DNA of 64,000 bases from Candidatus Obscuribacteraceae bacterium (GCA_044229845.1 JBGASG010000003.1:416001-480000); one strand, 5' to 3'; shown: positions 1 to 10,647, numbered from the stretch's first letter. The notes: a model not told the origin generated them from the letters alone. Numbers and translations are program-made.

Positions 1-27
1 GAAGCGGCGACACGAGTCATCTCAACC

Positions 28-1059
28 TTAAGCTTCATAGAGGGAGTGTTCCAGCACGCGACGGTACGCCGGCTCGGAGAGCATCTTGCCGGTGCCGATT
101 GCCACTGCTGAAAGGGGATCTTCGGCGATGAACACGGGTACTTCGGTAGCCTGCGAGATCAATTCATCGAGACCTTGCAAAAGTGCGCCGCCGCCCGAAA
201 GAACGATGCCGCGATTGTAGATGTCGGCTGCCAGCTCTGGCGGTGTGCGTTCAAGTGTGCGTCGAATCGCGTCAACGATGGTTTGCAGCGGCTCCTGCAG
301 AGCTTCGCGAATCTCGCCACGGCTGATAGTGACCGTGCGCGGCAAGCCGTTGATCAGGTTAAGTCCCCGCACTTCGAAACGATCGTTATCGTTCATGCGA
401 AACGCCGAGCCCAGACGGAATTTGATTTCTTCAGCAGTGCGTTCGCCCGTCGCCAGGCTGTGCACCTTTTTCATGTAGTTGATGATTGCTTCGTTCAACT
501 CGTCGCCGGCCACCCGAATCGACTCGTTGACGACGATGCCGCATAGACTGATGACGGCCACTTCGGTGGTACCGCCGCCGATATCAACGACCATAGAGCC
601 GGTCGGCTCGGTCACGGGCAGACCCGCCCCAATCGCAGCAGCCATCGGCTCTTCCGGCAAGAAACAACGACGAGCGCCGGCATTGAACGCAGCATCGTGC
701 ACAGCTCGGCGTTCGACGCCGGTGACACCACTGGGAACACCAATGGCGATGTCCGGTTTCATGAAACGGCTGGTGCCGGCAACGCGCTCGATAAACTTCT
801 CCAGCATCAGGCGTGCATACTTGAAGTCGGCAATGACGCCATCTCGCAACGGGCGTGTGGCCTTGATGCCCTGCGGTGTGCGACCAATCATGGCACGCGC
901 TTCTTCGCCGACGGCCAGGACTGTCTTCGTGTCGTCATCGACTGCCACCACCGAAGGCTCGCGCAACACAATACCTTTTCCGTTCAGGTAAATGAGCGTG
1001 TTGGCGGTACCTAGGTCTACGCCAATTTCCTGGCTAAACATTTTTGTAAAAATCGACAC
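28..1059 (-). CDS. mreB: Rod shape-determining actin-like protein MreB
   Basis: IGVDLGTANT, EPMAAAIGAG, VVDIGGGTTE and GIVLSGGGALL motifs. GTG start at 1059 chosen because it follows GGAG; the ORF track extends to 1071. Confidence 0.97.
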   Translation of the reverse strand: MSIFTKMFSQEIGVDLGTANTLIYLNGKGIVLREPSVVAVDDDTKTVLAVGEEARAMIGRTPQGIKATRPLRDGVIADFKYARLMLEKFIERVAGTSRFMKPDIAIGVPSGVTGVERRAVHDAAFNAGARRCFLPEEPMAAAIGAGLPVTEPTGSMVVDIGGGTTEVAVISLCGIVVNESIRVAGDELNEAIINYMKKVHSLATGERTAEEIKFRLGSAFRMNDNDRFEVRGLNLINGLPRTVTISRGEIREALQEPLQTIVDAIRRTLERTPPELAADIYNRGIVLSGGGALLQGLDELISQATEVPVFIAEDPLSAVAIGTGKMLSEPAYRRVLEHSLYEA

Positions 1060-1255
1060 GGCACACTCCACATGGTGGCAAACGTGAGTACCACAGCAAA
1101 ACGGCGACCTGATGTCCCCGCTTGTAGTCTAACATCTTTCGCTGATTATGCGGGTTTCCATTACTTCAGAAGCAAGCAAAAGGGGATATACAAAGCGGAC
1201 TAAAACTCCACCCGAAATATGCCGAGCCAGGCAGCGCCCGGCTCCCCGGTTGCCA

Positions 1256-1283
1256 AATGCGCGAAAAACATCAGCACTTCGCG
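1256..1283 (-). repeat. Dispersed 28-bp intergenic pseudo-palindrome, copy 1
   Basis: Minus strand reads CGCGAAGTGC-TGAT-GTTTTTCGCGCATT. Confidence 0.85.
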
Positions 1284-1434
1284 TGCGCGTGCAGCTGCCG
1301 CTTGCAGGCGCCGGTCCGCCAAGAGCCCCTTGACTAGCTGATTTCCCGCGGGCTTTCGAGCGTCCCCGGACTTTGTAATTTATGTGTTAGTGCTGTGTAA
1401 GCCGGAGGTTAGCCGCTGCCCGTCAGGGTCAGGG

Positions 1435-2295
1435 CTAATTCTTCGAATAATCGTAGAAACCTCGGCCGGTCTTTCTGCCCAGATGTCCAGCCGCTACAAG
1501 CTGCCGAATCAGCGGACAGGCGCGATATTTGGGATCGCCGAATCCCTCGTGCAGCGTTTCCATAATGTGCAGGCAGATATCCAGACCGATGAAGTCTGCC
1601 AGAGCCAGCGGTCCCATCGGATGGTTGTAACCCAGCGTCATGCCTGTATCGATGTCCGCCGGCGTTGACAGCCCTTCCATAAGCGCAAAGGCTGCCTCGT
1701 TCACCAGGACGAGTCCCAGTCGCGTGGTGATGAATCCCGGACGATCCTGGGACGTGATGATGGTCTTGCCCAGTTTCTCCCCGAAAGAACGAATCGAGTC
1801 CATCGTTTCGTCAGACGTGTCGTATCCGGGGATCAGCTCGAGAAGCTTCATCACATGGGCAGGCGAGAAGAAATGCATGCCGATGAAATTTTTGGAACGT
1901 TTGGTCGCTGACGCCAACTGCGTAATCGACAGGGATGACGTATTGGAGGCGAAGACTGCGCGAGGATTGCAGGTTTGATCGAGATGGCGAAACAGATCGT
2001 GCTTGATCTTTACATCCTCGGCGATCGCCTCGATGACCAGATCTGCCGCCTCAGCATCCTTATAGTTTTCGGAGTAATGAATGCGTTGCTTGGCTTCATC
2101 CAGTTTCTCATGAGTGATGAAGCCTTTCTCCAGGGACGACTTGCCGTATTTCTCGACGGCGGACTGAGCCTTTTCGATGGCGTTGGGATGTATATCGCAT
2201 AAGGTCACTTTGGCATCGGTCTTGGAGGCTACTAAGTAGCCGATGGCTGAACCCATGAAGCCGGCACCAGGGATGAATACGTTGGAGAAAGTCAC
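1435..2295 (-). CDS. hbd: 3-hydroxybutyryl-CoA / 3-hydroxyacyl-CoA dehydrogenase
   Basis: GAGFMGSAI Rossmann motif, ASNTSSLSI, GMHFFSP, HPMGPLALADFIGLD, GRKTGRGFY. Confidence 0.93.
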   Translation of the reverse strand: MTFSNVFIPGAGFMGSAIGYLVASKTDAKVTLCDIHPNAIEKAQSAVEKYGKSSLEKGFITHEKLDEAKQRIHYSENYKDAEAADLVIEAIAEDVKIKHDLFRHLDQTCNPRAVFASNTSSLSITQLASATKRSKNFIGMHFFSPAHVMKLLELIPGYDTSDETMDSIRSFGEKLGKTIITSQDRPGFITTRLGLVLVNEAAFALMEGLSTPADIDTGMTLGYNHPMGPLALADFIGLDICLHIMETLHEGFGDPKYRACPLIRQLVAAGHLGRKTGRGFYDYSKN

Positions 2296-2475
2296 GGCAG
2301 AAGTCCTTGTGAAGTGTCTCTATTAGCTCGGTCCGTCATGGTACTAAACGGAAATGGTGATTGCTCGCGGCCCTGTCTGCATGTATCGCTATTACTTTTC
2401 TAATATGTTCTATATGTTTTTCAATTAGAGTTATGGAGAAAGGCTCCAACAGCGGCTAAAGACCGTGCACGAGAA

Positions 2476-4341
2476 ATGAAGACGTTCAAAAAAATCCTGA
2501 TTGCCAACCGCGGTGAGATTGCAGTGCGGGTCATCCGCGCTTGCCGCGAACTCAACATTAAAGCTGTCGCGGTGTTTTCCGAAGTAGACCGGTTATCGCG
2601 GCATGTGCAGTTAGCCGACGAAGCCTGGCTTCTGGAAGGACAACCGGGCAAAGTTTATCTCGACATCGAACAGATTTTGTCGCTCGCCAAGCGCGCCGGC
2701 GCCGACGCCGTTCATCCCGGTTATGGCTTTCTCGCCGAGAACGCGGACTTTGCCAGAGCCTGCGCCAGAGAAGGTATCACCTTCATCGGCCCGAAGCCCG
2801 ACGTGATTACGGCCATGGGCAGCAAAATCGAATCGCGGCGAATGATGGAAAAGGCGGGTGTGCCGGTGGTTCCAGGCACCACAGACCCGATAACCGATCC
2901 AGAGAAAGTCAAAGAACTGTGCACCAAATACGGTTATCCGGTGGCGATCAAAGCCAGTGCCGGCGGCGGCGGCCGTGGGCTGCGCGTCGTGCGCAAGGAA
3001 GAGGATGTGGAACAAGCGCTTGCCGGAGCGCAGCGTGAAGGCGCCAGCTATTTCGGCAGCGGTGAAGTCTATCTGGAGAAGTATCTGGATCATCCGCGCC
3101 ATATTGAAGTGCAAATTCTCGCCGACGAACACGGCAACGTCCTGCACCTGGGCGAACGCGACTGTTCGACACAAAGACGCCACCAGAAACTGATCGAAGA
3201 AAGTCCGGCCGCCAACCTGCCCGCGGCAGTCAGAAAGACCTTGTTGGACGCGGCGGTTCTGGGCGCTAAATCGATCGGATATACCTCTGCCGGAACGGTT
3301 GAGGGACTGGTCGCCGGCAACGACTATTACTTTCTGGAGATGAACACGCGCGTCCAGGTCGAGCATCCGGTCACCGAATTCGTCACCGGTATCGATATCG
3401 TCAAAGAACAGATTCGCATCGCGCAAGGCGAGCCTCTGTCAATCAAACAGGAAGATGTGACTTTCCGAGGACACGCAATCGAGTTTCGCGTCAACGCCGA
3501 AGATCCGTTCAAGCAGTTTATGCCGTCTCCGGGCACCGTGCATCGCTATGTCGAGCCGAACATGCCCTGGGTACGCGTCGACAGCGCCTGCTATCCGGGC
3601 TACCAGATTTTGCCTTTCTACGACTCATTGCTGGCCAAACTGGTCGTCTGGGGACGCACCCGCGAAGAGGCTATTGAGCGGTCGCGCGTGGCACTGAGAG
3701 AGTTCATCATCGAAGGCGTGGCGACCACCATTCCTTTCCATCTGCTCGCCCTGGAAGACGAAACCTTTCTGCAAGGTCGCGTTTACACCAACTACATCGA
3801 AACTGAGTTTCGTCAGCGCATGAAAGCGCCGGCACCGGCGATCAGCAATGGCAACGGCAACGGCAATGGCAAATCAGACGCAGCCGCCAAGCCGGCCGCG
3901 CCCGCCACCGAGCCGGAGGTAACTGCACTTGAACGCTGCAACGAGCGCAAATTCGAAGTCGAGGTCAACCAGAAACACTTCAAAGTAACAGTGGCGGAAT
4001 TGCGGACACCGGGAGAAACTCCCGCATCCGCACCCAGGATTGCCGCTGGTTCCGGCGGCACCAAATCACAGACCCCGGTGAGAACAGCGGCTGCGCGTCC
4101 CAAAAAAGCGCTGTCCGAAGGCACCGGAGAGATCCGCGCTCAGATGCACGGATTGGTCAAAGAAGTGCTGGTGGAGATCGGTCAAACTGTAAAACAGGGG
4201 CAGCGCTTGCTGATTTTTGAAGCCATGAAAATGGAATCAGATGTGCTGGCGGACCGCGACGGACTGGTTGAAACGCTGAAAGTAAAAACCGGCGACACGG
4301 TCGAGGTATCCGAAGTGATGGTCGTCATCGGAAAGAACTGA
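2476..4341 (+). CDS. accC: Acyl-CoA carboxylase biotin carboxylase subunit fused to a C-terminal biotin carboxyl carrier domain
   Basis: KILIANRGEIAVRV, HPGYGFLAEN, ERDCSTQRRHQK and EMNTRVQVEHPVTE; C-terminal EAMKM biotinylation motif after a low-complexity linker. Confidence 0.93.
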   Translation: MKTFKKILIANRGEIAVRVIRACRELNIKAVAVFSEVDRLSRHVQLADEAWLLEGQPGKVYLDIEQILSLAKRAGADAVHPGYGFLAENADFARACAREGITFIGPKPDVITAMGSKIESRRMMEKAGVPVVPGTTDPITDPEKVKELCTKYGYPVAIKASAGGGGRGLRVVRKEEDVEQALAGAQREGASYFGSGEVYLEKYLDHPRHIEVQILADEHGNVLHLGERDCSTQRRHQKLIEESPAANLPAAVRKTLLDAAVLGAKSIGYTSAGTVEGLVAGNDYYFLEMNTRVQVEHPVTEFVTGIDIVKEQIRIAQGEPLSIKQEDVTFRGHAIEFRVNAEDPFKQFMPSPGTVHRYVEPNMPWVRVDSACYPGYQILPFYDSLLAKLVVWGRTREEAIERSRVALREFIIEGVATTIPFHLLALEDETFLQGRVYTNYIETEFRQRMKAPAPAISNGNGNGNGKSDAAAKPAAPATEPEVTALERCNERKFEVEVNQKHFKVTVAELRTPGETPASAPRIAAGSGGTKSQTPVRTAAARPKKALSEGTGEIRAQMHGLVKEVLVEIGQTVKQGQRLLIFEAMKMESDVLADRDGLVETLKVKTGDTVEVSEVMVVIGKN

Positions 4342-4344
4342 GGC

Positions 4345-4812
4345 ATGCGCATCGGTAATGGATACGATGTTCATCCGCTGGTTCCGGGGCGCGATCTAAT
4401 TCTGGGCGGCATCGCTATCCCATACGAACTGGGACTGCACGGCCACTCGGATGGCGACGCGCTGACGCACGCGATAATCGATGCGCTTTTGGGAGCGGCG
4501 GGATTGGGCGACATCGGCATGCGCTTTCCCCCCAACGATCCGCAGTTTGCCGGCGTGCGCAGCATTTTGATGCTGGAAGACTGCATGCGGTCGATTGCAG
4601 ATAAGAAACTGAAGATTGAACATGTGGACAGCGTAATCATTTGTGAGAAACCTAAGCTGTCGCCGTATTTTGCGGTAATGCGCGAGTCCCTGGCGGCCGC
4701 CATGGGCATTGATTGGGATAAGGTTAATGTGAAAGCCACAACCAACGAGGGACTGGGGTTTCTCGGGCGCGGCGAAGCGATTGCCGTCCACGCCGTAGCG
4801 CTACTCTCCTGA
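4345..4812 (+). CDS. ispF: 2-C-methyl-D-erythritol 2,4-cyclodiphosphate synthase
   Basis: MRIGNGYDVH, GHSDGD, GDIGMRFP, NVKATTNEGLG. Confidence 0.97.
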   Translation: MRIGNGYDVHPLVPGRDLILGGIAIPYELGLHGHSDGDALTHAIIDALLGAAGLGDIGMRFPPNDPQFAGVRSILMLEDCMRSIADKKLKIEHVDSVIICEKPKLSPYFAVMRESLAAAMGIDWDKVNVKATTNEGLGFLGRGEAIAVHAVALLS

Positions 4813-5068
4813 GCATCGTGTAAATTTTACGAGCGCGCTTATTGCCAGAAGTACGCCACCCACGTACCTTTGAGGCAGCCGGTCCGGCTCGGCTCGACTT
4901 TAGTTTAAAAGAATATGGAAACCCTGCGGATTCCCACAACTGTCCTAATGATACGATCACAGATACAGTGTGCTGTAGAGATTTGCGAGACTTTTGGATC
5001 CAGGAAACAACTGAATGGCGCCTCCACCACCCGTGGTGGCATGCTGAAGTCAGCGGAATAGAAACGTT

Positions 5069-6343
5069 ATGACCTTGCTCATTTATTTTGTTCTACACAC
5101 GACGCTATGTCTCGTGTGCTTCGGCCTGACGTTTCTCTTTTTCACCTACTTTCGCCGTCTGGACGAAAACAGTTTGCCGGATGAGCAACTGCCCTTCGTC
5201 TCCGTGCTTGTACCGGCCCGCAACGAAGGCGGCAAGATCGGTCGTTGTCTCGAATCTCTAGCGCGACAAGATTACCCACATTACGAAGTGGTGGCAGTCG
5301 ATGACCGCTCGACCGACAACACCGGTGAAATAATCAAAGCGATCGCTGCTCGCAACGAGCACGTGCATTACGCTTACGGATCGCCGACGCCGCCTGGATG
5401 GATTGGCAAGTGCAATGCTCTGGTCACCGCCTGCAAACACACCGCACCGGACAGCACCTGGTATTTGTTCACCGATGCCGACACATGCCACACACCGCAT
5501 TCTTTGCGTTATTCAGTTTCTTATGCGCTGAGAAACAACGCCGAGTTGATCTCTTTCATGCCGGTGCAGGAACTGGGAAGCTTCTGGGAGCGGCTGGTCA
5601 TGCCGGTTCTGCTCGGGTCTTTCTTGTGCGGCGATCCGTACAACACGATCAACGAAAAAACCAACGACCGTGCTTATGCATACGGACAATACATTCTTGT
5701 GCAGCGTGGCATTTACGAGAGCGTCGGCGGACACGAGAGCGTGCACGATCAGATTCTCGACGACATCTCGCTGGCTCGCGTCATAAAGTCAAACAAACAC
5801 CGGGTGATGTCGGCCGACGGTCGCCTTCTCTATTCGGTGCGCATGTACACCGATCTGCAATCCTTGTGGAACGGCTGGACGAAAAATCTCTACGCTCTGA
5901 TCGAGTGCAACTTGCTATTTTTGGTCTTGGTAGTGTTGCTGCTCACCTCCGGCATCATCATGCCCTGGATCAATCTGGCGGCGGTGACGAGCTACTGGTT
6001 GTCCGGTGATGTTTTTCCCGAGTTGCCAACCTGCACGGGGCTGGCGATCCTTTCCATGGTTGGACTCTACCTGTGGTACAAGCGCACCTCAGAGCACTAC
6101 CGCGGCGTCACTACTGCGCATTTCTTCCTGCTTCCCTTTGGGGCGCTCACCGTTGTCGTCCTCTATTTCCACGCCGCTTACCTGGTGCTCACCGGGACCA
6201 GGGTAAGTTGGAAGGGCCGGCGCTACACTGTTCATACATCCAAACAGGTAGAGTCCAGCGAGACAGCGCTCGAAGATGCGGCGCCGGAAAAAACCAATAT
6301 CGAGCAGCCACTACTTGCGGTACCAAACGAGCCCCGCAGCTGA
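5069..6343 (+). CDS. Membrane GT2 glycosyltransferase (CrtQ/CruG/HpnB-like, lipid or isoprenoid acceptor likely)
   Basis: VSVLVPARNE, VDDRSTDNT, PPGWIGK, LFTDADT, DDISLAR, GWTKN; N- and C-terminal hydrophobic helices. Confidence 0.85.
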   Translation: MTLLIYFVLHTTLCLVCFGLTFLFFTYFRRLDENSLPDEQLPFVSVLVPARNEGGKIGRCLESLARQDYPHYEVVAVDDRSTDNTGEIIKAIAARNEHVHYAYGSPTPPGWIGKCNALVTACKHTAPDSTWYLFTDADTCHTPHSLRYSVSYALRNNAELISFMPVQELGSFWERLVMPVLLGSFLCGDPYNTINEKTNDRAYAYGQYILVQRGIYESVGGHESVHDQILDDISLARVIKSNKHRVMSADGRLLYSVRMYTDLQSLWNGWTKNLYALIECNLLFLVLVVLLLTSGIIMPWINLAAVTSYWLSGDVFPELPTCTGLAILSMVGLYLWYKRTSEHYRGVTTAHFFLLPFGALTVVVLYFHAAYLVLTGTRVSWKGRRYTVHTSKQVESSETALEDAAPEKTNIEQPLLAVPNEPRS

Positions 6344-6459
6344 CCGGACGAAAATTCTTGCTATCGTCAACATTTCTGAAACGGGTCAATTCTTGACTGG
6401 TTTTGATCCATGACTAGATTAAATCAGAGCTGAGGGGCGATTCGGTCCTCATTAAGACA

Positions 6460-6487
6460 CGCGGAAAGCCGTCGTTTTTCGCGCGTT
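6460..6487 (+). repeat. Dispersed 28-bp intergenic pseudo-palindrome, copy 2
   Basis: CGCGGAAAGC-CGTC-GTTTTTCGCGCGTT between convergent genes. Confidence 0.85.
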
Positions 6488-6548
6488 CGGCCAATGTGTC
6501 AGGACCCGAATCACCAACCAATGCCTGGTTTAAGGCAGCGCATCTAAA

Positions 6549-6579
6549 AAGAAGAGGTCGGAGCAACCGACCTCTTCTT
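6549..6579. terminator. Probable bidirectional intrinsic terminator
   Basis: Perfect 13-bp stem AAGAAGAGGTCGG/CCGACCTCTTCTT with an A-run on the left and a T-run on the right, between convergent genes. Confidence 0.85.
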
Positions 6580-6601
6580 GATTTTTTGGCTCTGGCTGGG
6601 C

Positions 6602-6874
6602 TTAGCGACGCGGACCACCGTTCTTTTCGCGGGGCTTGGAAAGGCTGACCGCTATCTGGCGGCCGCTAACCTCGAGACCATTGAGCGCTTTGATTGCCGC
6701 TTCTGCTTCGTCTTCGCTGGACATTTCGACAAAGCCAAAACCGCGCTTGCGCCCAGTTTCACGATCGACCGGCAGAGCTACGGAGACTACCGTCCCGGAG
6801 GCTGCGAACAGCTCTTCCAGGTTCTGTTCGGTCATTTTGAATGGAAGGTTCCCTACGAAAAGTTTGTTGTTCAT
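6602..6874 (-). CDS. RRM RNA-binding protein (cyanobacterial Rbp-like)
   Basis: RNP2 LFVGNL and RNP1 RGFGFVEM; start set at MNNKLF (6874). Confidence 0.93.
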   Translation of the reverse strand: MNNKLFVGNLPFKMTEQNLEELFAASGTVVSVALPVDRETGRKRGFGFVEMSSEDEAEAAIKALNGLEVSGRQIAVSLSKPREKNGGPRR

Positions 6875-6981
6875 GAGCAAGATCCATGTAGCTAGACCGA
6901 TGCGAGAACGTCGGGCTTGTTGCATCGGGGTGCTTCAGCTCTGAAGCCCACAAAATTATGCCACAGACGCGACATTAATCC

Positions 6982-8487
6982 CTAGTTGATAGCTGACAAC
7001 AGATTGAAATATTTGACGAACATTTGCATGCCGCCGGATGCCTGTTGCCAGTCGTAGTTCTCGTTTATGGCGTGGTAGCCGTGTTCCGGTAATGACAATC
7101 CGAGGAAGATAATCGGCGCCTTGAGCACTTTCTGCATGCTGACCACCGCTCCAATCGAGCCGCCCTCCCGAACAAAAGCAGGCTCTTTGCCGAAGGCCGA
7201 CTTCATTGCATCGTGTGCCGCCTGGGCAAATGGTCCTGAAAAGTCGCCAAGGTAGGGACTTAACGACCCCTCCCGCTCGACTTCGATGTCGGGATTTTTG
7301 GATTTAACGAACGCACTCACGAGCTTGAAGATTTTCTCGGGGTCTTGATCCGGAACGAGGCGTGTACTGATTTTGGCTTCGGCTTGATGAGGAACGATCG
7401 TTTTGACGCCCGGTCCCGTGTAACCGCCGACGATACCATGGACTTCAAATGTCGGCATGCCCCAAATGCGCTTGGCGCCGTCGCGATCGTCATTGGTGCG
7501 CAGGGATTTCAACTCGTGTGCGCGCTTAAATTCTTCGGCGCTGAAACCGGATTTGACGAAGTTGTCCACTTCGGAATCAGAGAGCTTCCGCACGTCATCA
7601 TAGAAGCCCGGAATTTTTACTTCGCCCGTCTTGGCGTCATAGCACTGATCGATCAGTTGCGCCACTTCACCGATAGGATTGCGCGCCAGCCCGCCGGTTA
7701 AACCGGAATGGACGTCTTTGGCGCCGGTGGACAGTTTCATCACAAAGCCTTGAAGTCCGCGCAGCCCGTAGCCGATTGCCGGACGCTCCCGCGATACCCA
7801 GATGGTGTCCGAAACGACGACAGAGTCGGCTTTCAGCTTATCCTTGTTCTGGATCAGAAATTCCTCGAAGTGCGGGCTGCCGATTTCCTCTTCCAGTTCC
7901 CAGACAAACTTGATGTTGATGGGAACCTTATGTTGTTTCGCATACTTGGCCGCATAAGCCACCGTAAGAGCAGGTCCTTTGTCATCCGTGCTACCGCGAC
8001 CTGAGTAGACACCGTTTTCGATTTTCATGTCGAAAGGAGGGCTTTTCCATTCGCTGGCGTCGGCGGGCTGCACATCAAGGTGGTTATAAACAAGCACTGT
8101 GGGGTCGCCCGGCGAGCTGGCGAACTCGCCAATCACGACCGGGTTGCCCTTGGTCTTAATCACTTCTGCCGTGCCGCCCATCGATCGCAGCAAGGCAGCC
8201 GCCTCCTCGGCGGTGCGTTCAATATCGCCTTTCTTAGTGGGGTCCATGCTGACGCTTGGGATGTCCACCAGCTTTTTGAGATCTGCCTCGTACCTCAACC
8301 GGGACTCGGTCACGTACGCGCCAACGTCTTTCACATCCACATCAACTTTCATATTGCGCTTCGCTCCTTTTGACTGAGCCTGCTGGGAGGGCTTTGTCTT
8401 GGCTGCCGGTGACTGCACCAGTGCCAGTGCGCAAACCGGGCTGGCTAAAACCAGTTCCCAGGCGAGAAGGACCGCCAGTAATTTCAC
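6982..8487 (-). CDS. M20 family metallopeptidase/dipeptidase with N-terminal signal peptide
   Basis: [35 protein letters not shown]; hydrophobic N-terminus. Confidence 0.9.
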   Translation of the reverse strand: MKLLAVLLAWELVLASPVCALALVQSPAAKTKPSQQAQSKGAKRNMKVDVDVKDVGAYVTESRLRYEADLKKLVDIPSVSMDPTKKGDIERTAEEAAALLRSMGGTAEVIKTKGNPVVIGEFASSPGDPTVLVYNHLDVQPADASEWKSPPFDMKIENGVYSGRGSTDDKGPALTVAYAAKYAKQHKVPINIKFVWELEEEIGSPHFEEFLIQNKDKLKADSVVVSDTIWVSRERPAIGYGLRGLQGFVMKLSTGAKDVHSGLTGGLARNPIGEVAQLIDQCYDAKTGEVKIPGFYDDVRKLSDSEVDNFVKSGFSAEEFKRAHELKSLRTNDDRDGAKRIWGMPTFEVHGIVGGYTGPGVKTIVPHQAEAKISTRLVPDQDPEKIFKLVSAFVKSKNPDIEVEREGSLSPYLGDFSGPFAQAAHDAMKSAFGKEPAFVREGGSIGAVVSMQKVLKAPIIFLGLSLPEHGYHAINENYDWQQASGGMQMFVKYFNLLSAIN

Positions 8488-8560
8488 CGCTTACTCCAGG
8501 GCGCAGGGGCACCCATTACCAATGGTCCGTAATGGTAACCTGCTCGACCCGATTACTAGG

Positions 8561-8588
8561 CGCGCAAGACTGAAGTTTTTCGCGCATT
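8561..8588 (+). repeat. Dispersed 28-bp intergenic pseudo-palindrome, copy 3
   Basis: CGCGCAAGAC-TGAA-GTTTTTCGCGCATT. Confidence 0.85.
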
Positions 8589-8607
8589 TTTCAATTGCCT
8601 GTTGGCA

Positions 8608-9477
8608 TCAGGCGAGCCCGTTCGTCTCATTCTGGGCTAGTTGGAAGCCGCCATTCAGCGATGGTGGGCGCGCTGGTGCATTCGGAATCAGCCTGAAGTT
8701 AGGATCGAGTGGATGACGATCGACGATGTCCTTAGGCATGACTTGCCGGAAGACATTAACGAACTGCGGTCCGTTGTGATAGCCGATGATGCGTCCGATC
8801 AAACCAGGGTTAGGTCCATCTACTTGCATGACCGCCAGCGCCGGAAATTCTTTGATATCCAAGCGGTTCATCAGTTGCTTGGTATTTTGATACTGATCGT
8901 CTTTCTCCACATTCAGTTTGAGGAAAACACATTCCTGGGCAAACTTTCGGAACTCAGGATTCACGTAGGCTTCTTTATCCATCGCCTTACAGTAGTTGCA
9001 CCAGTCGGCATAGAACATGATGACCAGAGGCTTATGCTCTTTGGTGGCGCGGTTGTAAGCGGTGTATAGATCGTTGTCAACCCAATTAATTTGCGGCTGT
9101 TCGACGGGTGGGACTCTGAGATCTCCGGGTCTGAGAACGGCGGACTCGGCTGTGGGTGGCAGCGGCGAATCGGCTTGAGTTCTGGAATCGAGGATGCTGC
9201 GCGACGCGTCGAAAGGCTTGGTGTTGGGGATGTTAATGAACTTGATATCGCCGGATGGCGCCACGCCGCCGGTCGGACGGGTGTCGGTGCCGGGAATGAC
9301 CGCTGTACCGGAAGCGCCAGGGGTTTTATCAGTGGGACTAGTAAGAACAGCGGCCGTCGCATTTCCGCCATAAAGGTCGGCAAGGTCGCCGGTCCATGGA
9401 TTCGGTCCATTCAACAGCGCCACTTGTTTTGGCACACTGTCATCAGAAGCCGTTTCGAGCGGGGGTTTACCGAGCAT
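8608..9477 (-). CDS. Thioredoxin-fold protein with long Pro/Thr-rich N-terminal region
   Basis: FYADWCNYCK CxxC motif and cis-Pro EFP; GAGGAGG ribosome-binding site before the start. Confidence 0.8.
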   Translation of the reverse strand: MLGKPPLETASDDSVPKQVALLNGPNPWTGDLADLYGGNATAAVLTSPTDKTPGASGTAVIPGTDTRPTGGVAPSGDIKFINIPNTKPFDASRSILDSRTQADSPLPPTAESAVLRPGDLRVPPVEQPQINWVDNDLYTAYNRATKEHKPLVIMFYADWCNYCKAMDKEAYVNPEFRKFAQECVFLKLNVEKDDQYQNTKQLMNRLDIKEFPALAVMQVDGPNPGLIGRIIGYHNGPQFVNVFRQVMPKDIVDRHPLDPNFRLIPNAPARPPSLNGGFQLAQNETNGLA

Positions 9478-9731
9478 TCAGATGCCTCCTCACCGCCTGC
9501 ACCAGGGTATGCAGGGGAGAAAAATTCGAAGAGCTAGAGAACTCCGCGACTGCTTTCGTGGGTCAAGATGGATAAGACGAGCTGACTCAAGTTGAACCTT
9601 TTGCTGCCATGCGAAGTCCGGCCACGATGTGACCGCTCTTCCTCTACCTGTGCGTATATATTCGGCAGCGAAATTCTCTGGACAGCGAGAACATTAAATG
9701 TGCCGGGCGCCTCTGCCGGCACAGCCGGTAG

Positions 9732-9759
9732 AACGCGCGAAAAACAGCCGTTTTTCCGC
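9732..9759 (-). repeat. Dispersed 28-bp intergenic pseudo-palindrome, copy 4
   Basis: Minus strand GCGGAAAAAC-GGCT-GTTTTTCGCGCGTT; overlaps a TTTTCCGC-GGG-GCGGAAAA hairpin at 9752-9770. Confidence 0.85.
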
Positions 9760-9779
9760 GGGGCGGAAAAGCTGTAATA

Positions 9780-10622
9780 TCAACCCTGGACCGGGTTCTG
9801 TGTCTTATCGCTATAAGGCATCGGCACGAATTGTACTGTCGAGCGCGTGTTCGAACTTTGCGGATAGAGATCCATCAACTCGTATACTTCAGAAGGAAGT
9901 CCTGTTTTGACAGGTAATCCAAGCTTTTGCGCGTCCTCGACCGTGATCGGATAATCGTGTGTCCAGATGCCCGAGGCCAGATTGCGGGCAATCTCGGGGA
10001 TTCGCTCAGGATCCACCTTTACCTGAGGTATGTGGTCCGAGAGGATCTTATTTACTAGAGACTCCACTTGTTTTAAAGCCTTCTCGGCGATGTCCGCCAG
10101 GATCAGAGTCTGGTCATCCAGTTTGGCGGCCGGTTTGTCAGCTACGAGCTTGAGGATGCCGGCCGCAGACTGGTTTCCCAGCTGGGGATCGACTGGTCCC
10201 AGCACAGCATTTTCATCCATTACTATTTCGTCGCTGGCCAGCGCCAATAGAGTGCCGCCGGACATCGCATAGTGCGGCACGAACACTGTCACCTTCGCCT
10301 GGTGACGCGTGAGCGCCACAGCGATTTGCTGCGACGCCAAAACCAGCCCGCCCGGCGTGTGCAGGACGATGTCCAACGGCATATCCGCTGGTGTCAGATG
10401 AATCGCTCGCAAAATCTGCTCAGAGTCTTCGATGCTGATGTAGCGGGCAATGGGAAATCCCAGGAGATTCATGACCTCCTGTCTGTGGATGAGAACAATC
10501 ACCCGGCTCTGACGAAGTTTTTCGAGCTTGACGATGGCAGCCCGCCTCTTCGCCTCCAGAGCCGACTGAGAGATGGACGGCATCAACATCATGAGAAACA
10601 CAACTGGAAGAAACAGATCCAT
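9780..10622 (-). CDS. SDH-family (DUF114) ClpP-fold serine protease
   Basis: LHTPGGLVLA, VPHYAMSGGTLLALA, LGPVDPQ, WTHDYPI; start set at MDLFLPVV. Confidence 0.88.
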   Translation of the reverse strand: MDLFLPVVFLMMLMPSISQSALEAKRRAAIVKLEKLRQSRVIVLIHRQEVMNLLGFPIARYISIEDSEQILRAIHLTPADMPLDIVLHTPGGLVLASQQIAVALTRHQAKVTVFVPHYAMSGGTLLALASDEIVMDENAVLGPVDPQLGNQSAAGILKLVADKPAAKLDDQTLILADIAEKALKQVESLVNKILSDHIPQVKVDPERIPEIARNLASGIWTHDYPITVEDAQKLGLPVKTGLPSEVYELMDLYPQSSNTRSTVQFVPMPYSDKTQNPVQG

Positions 10623-10647
10623 AAAGTCCTTTAGTCCTCTGTCCCTG

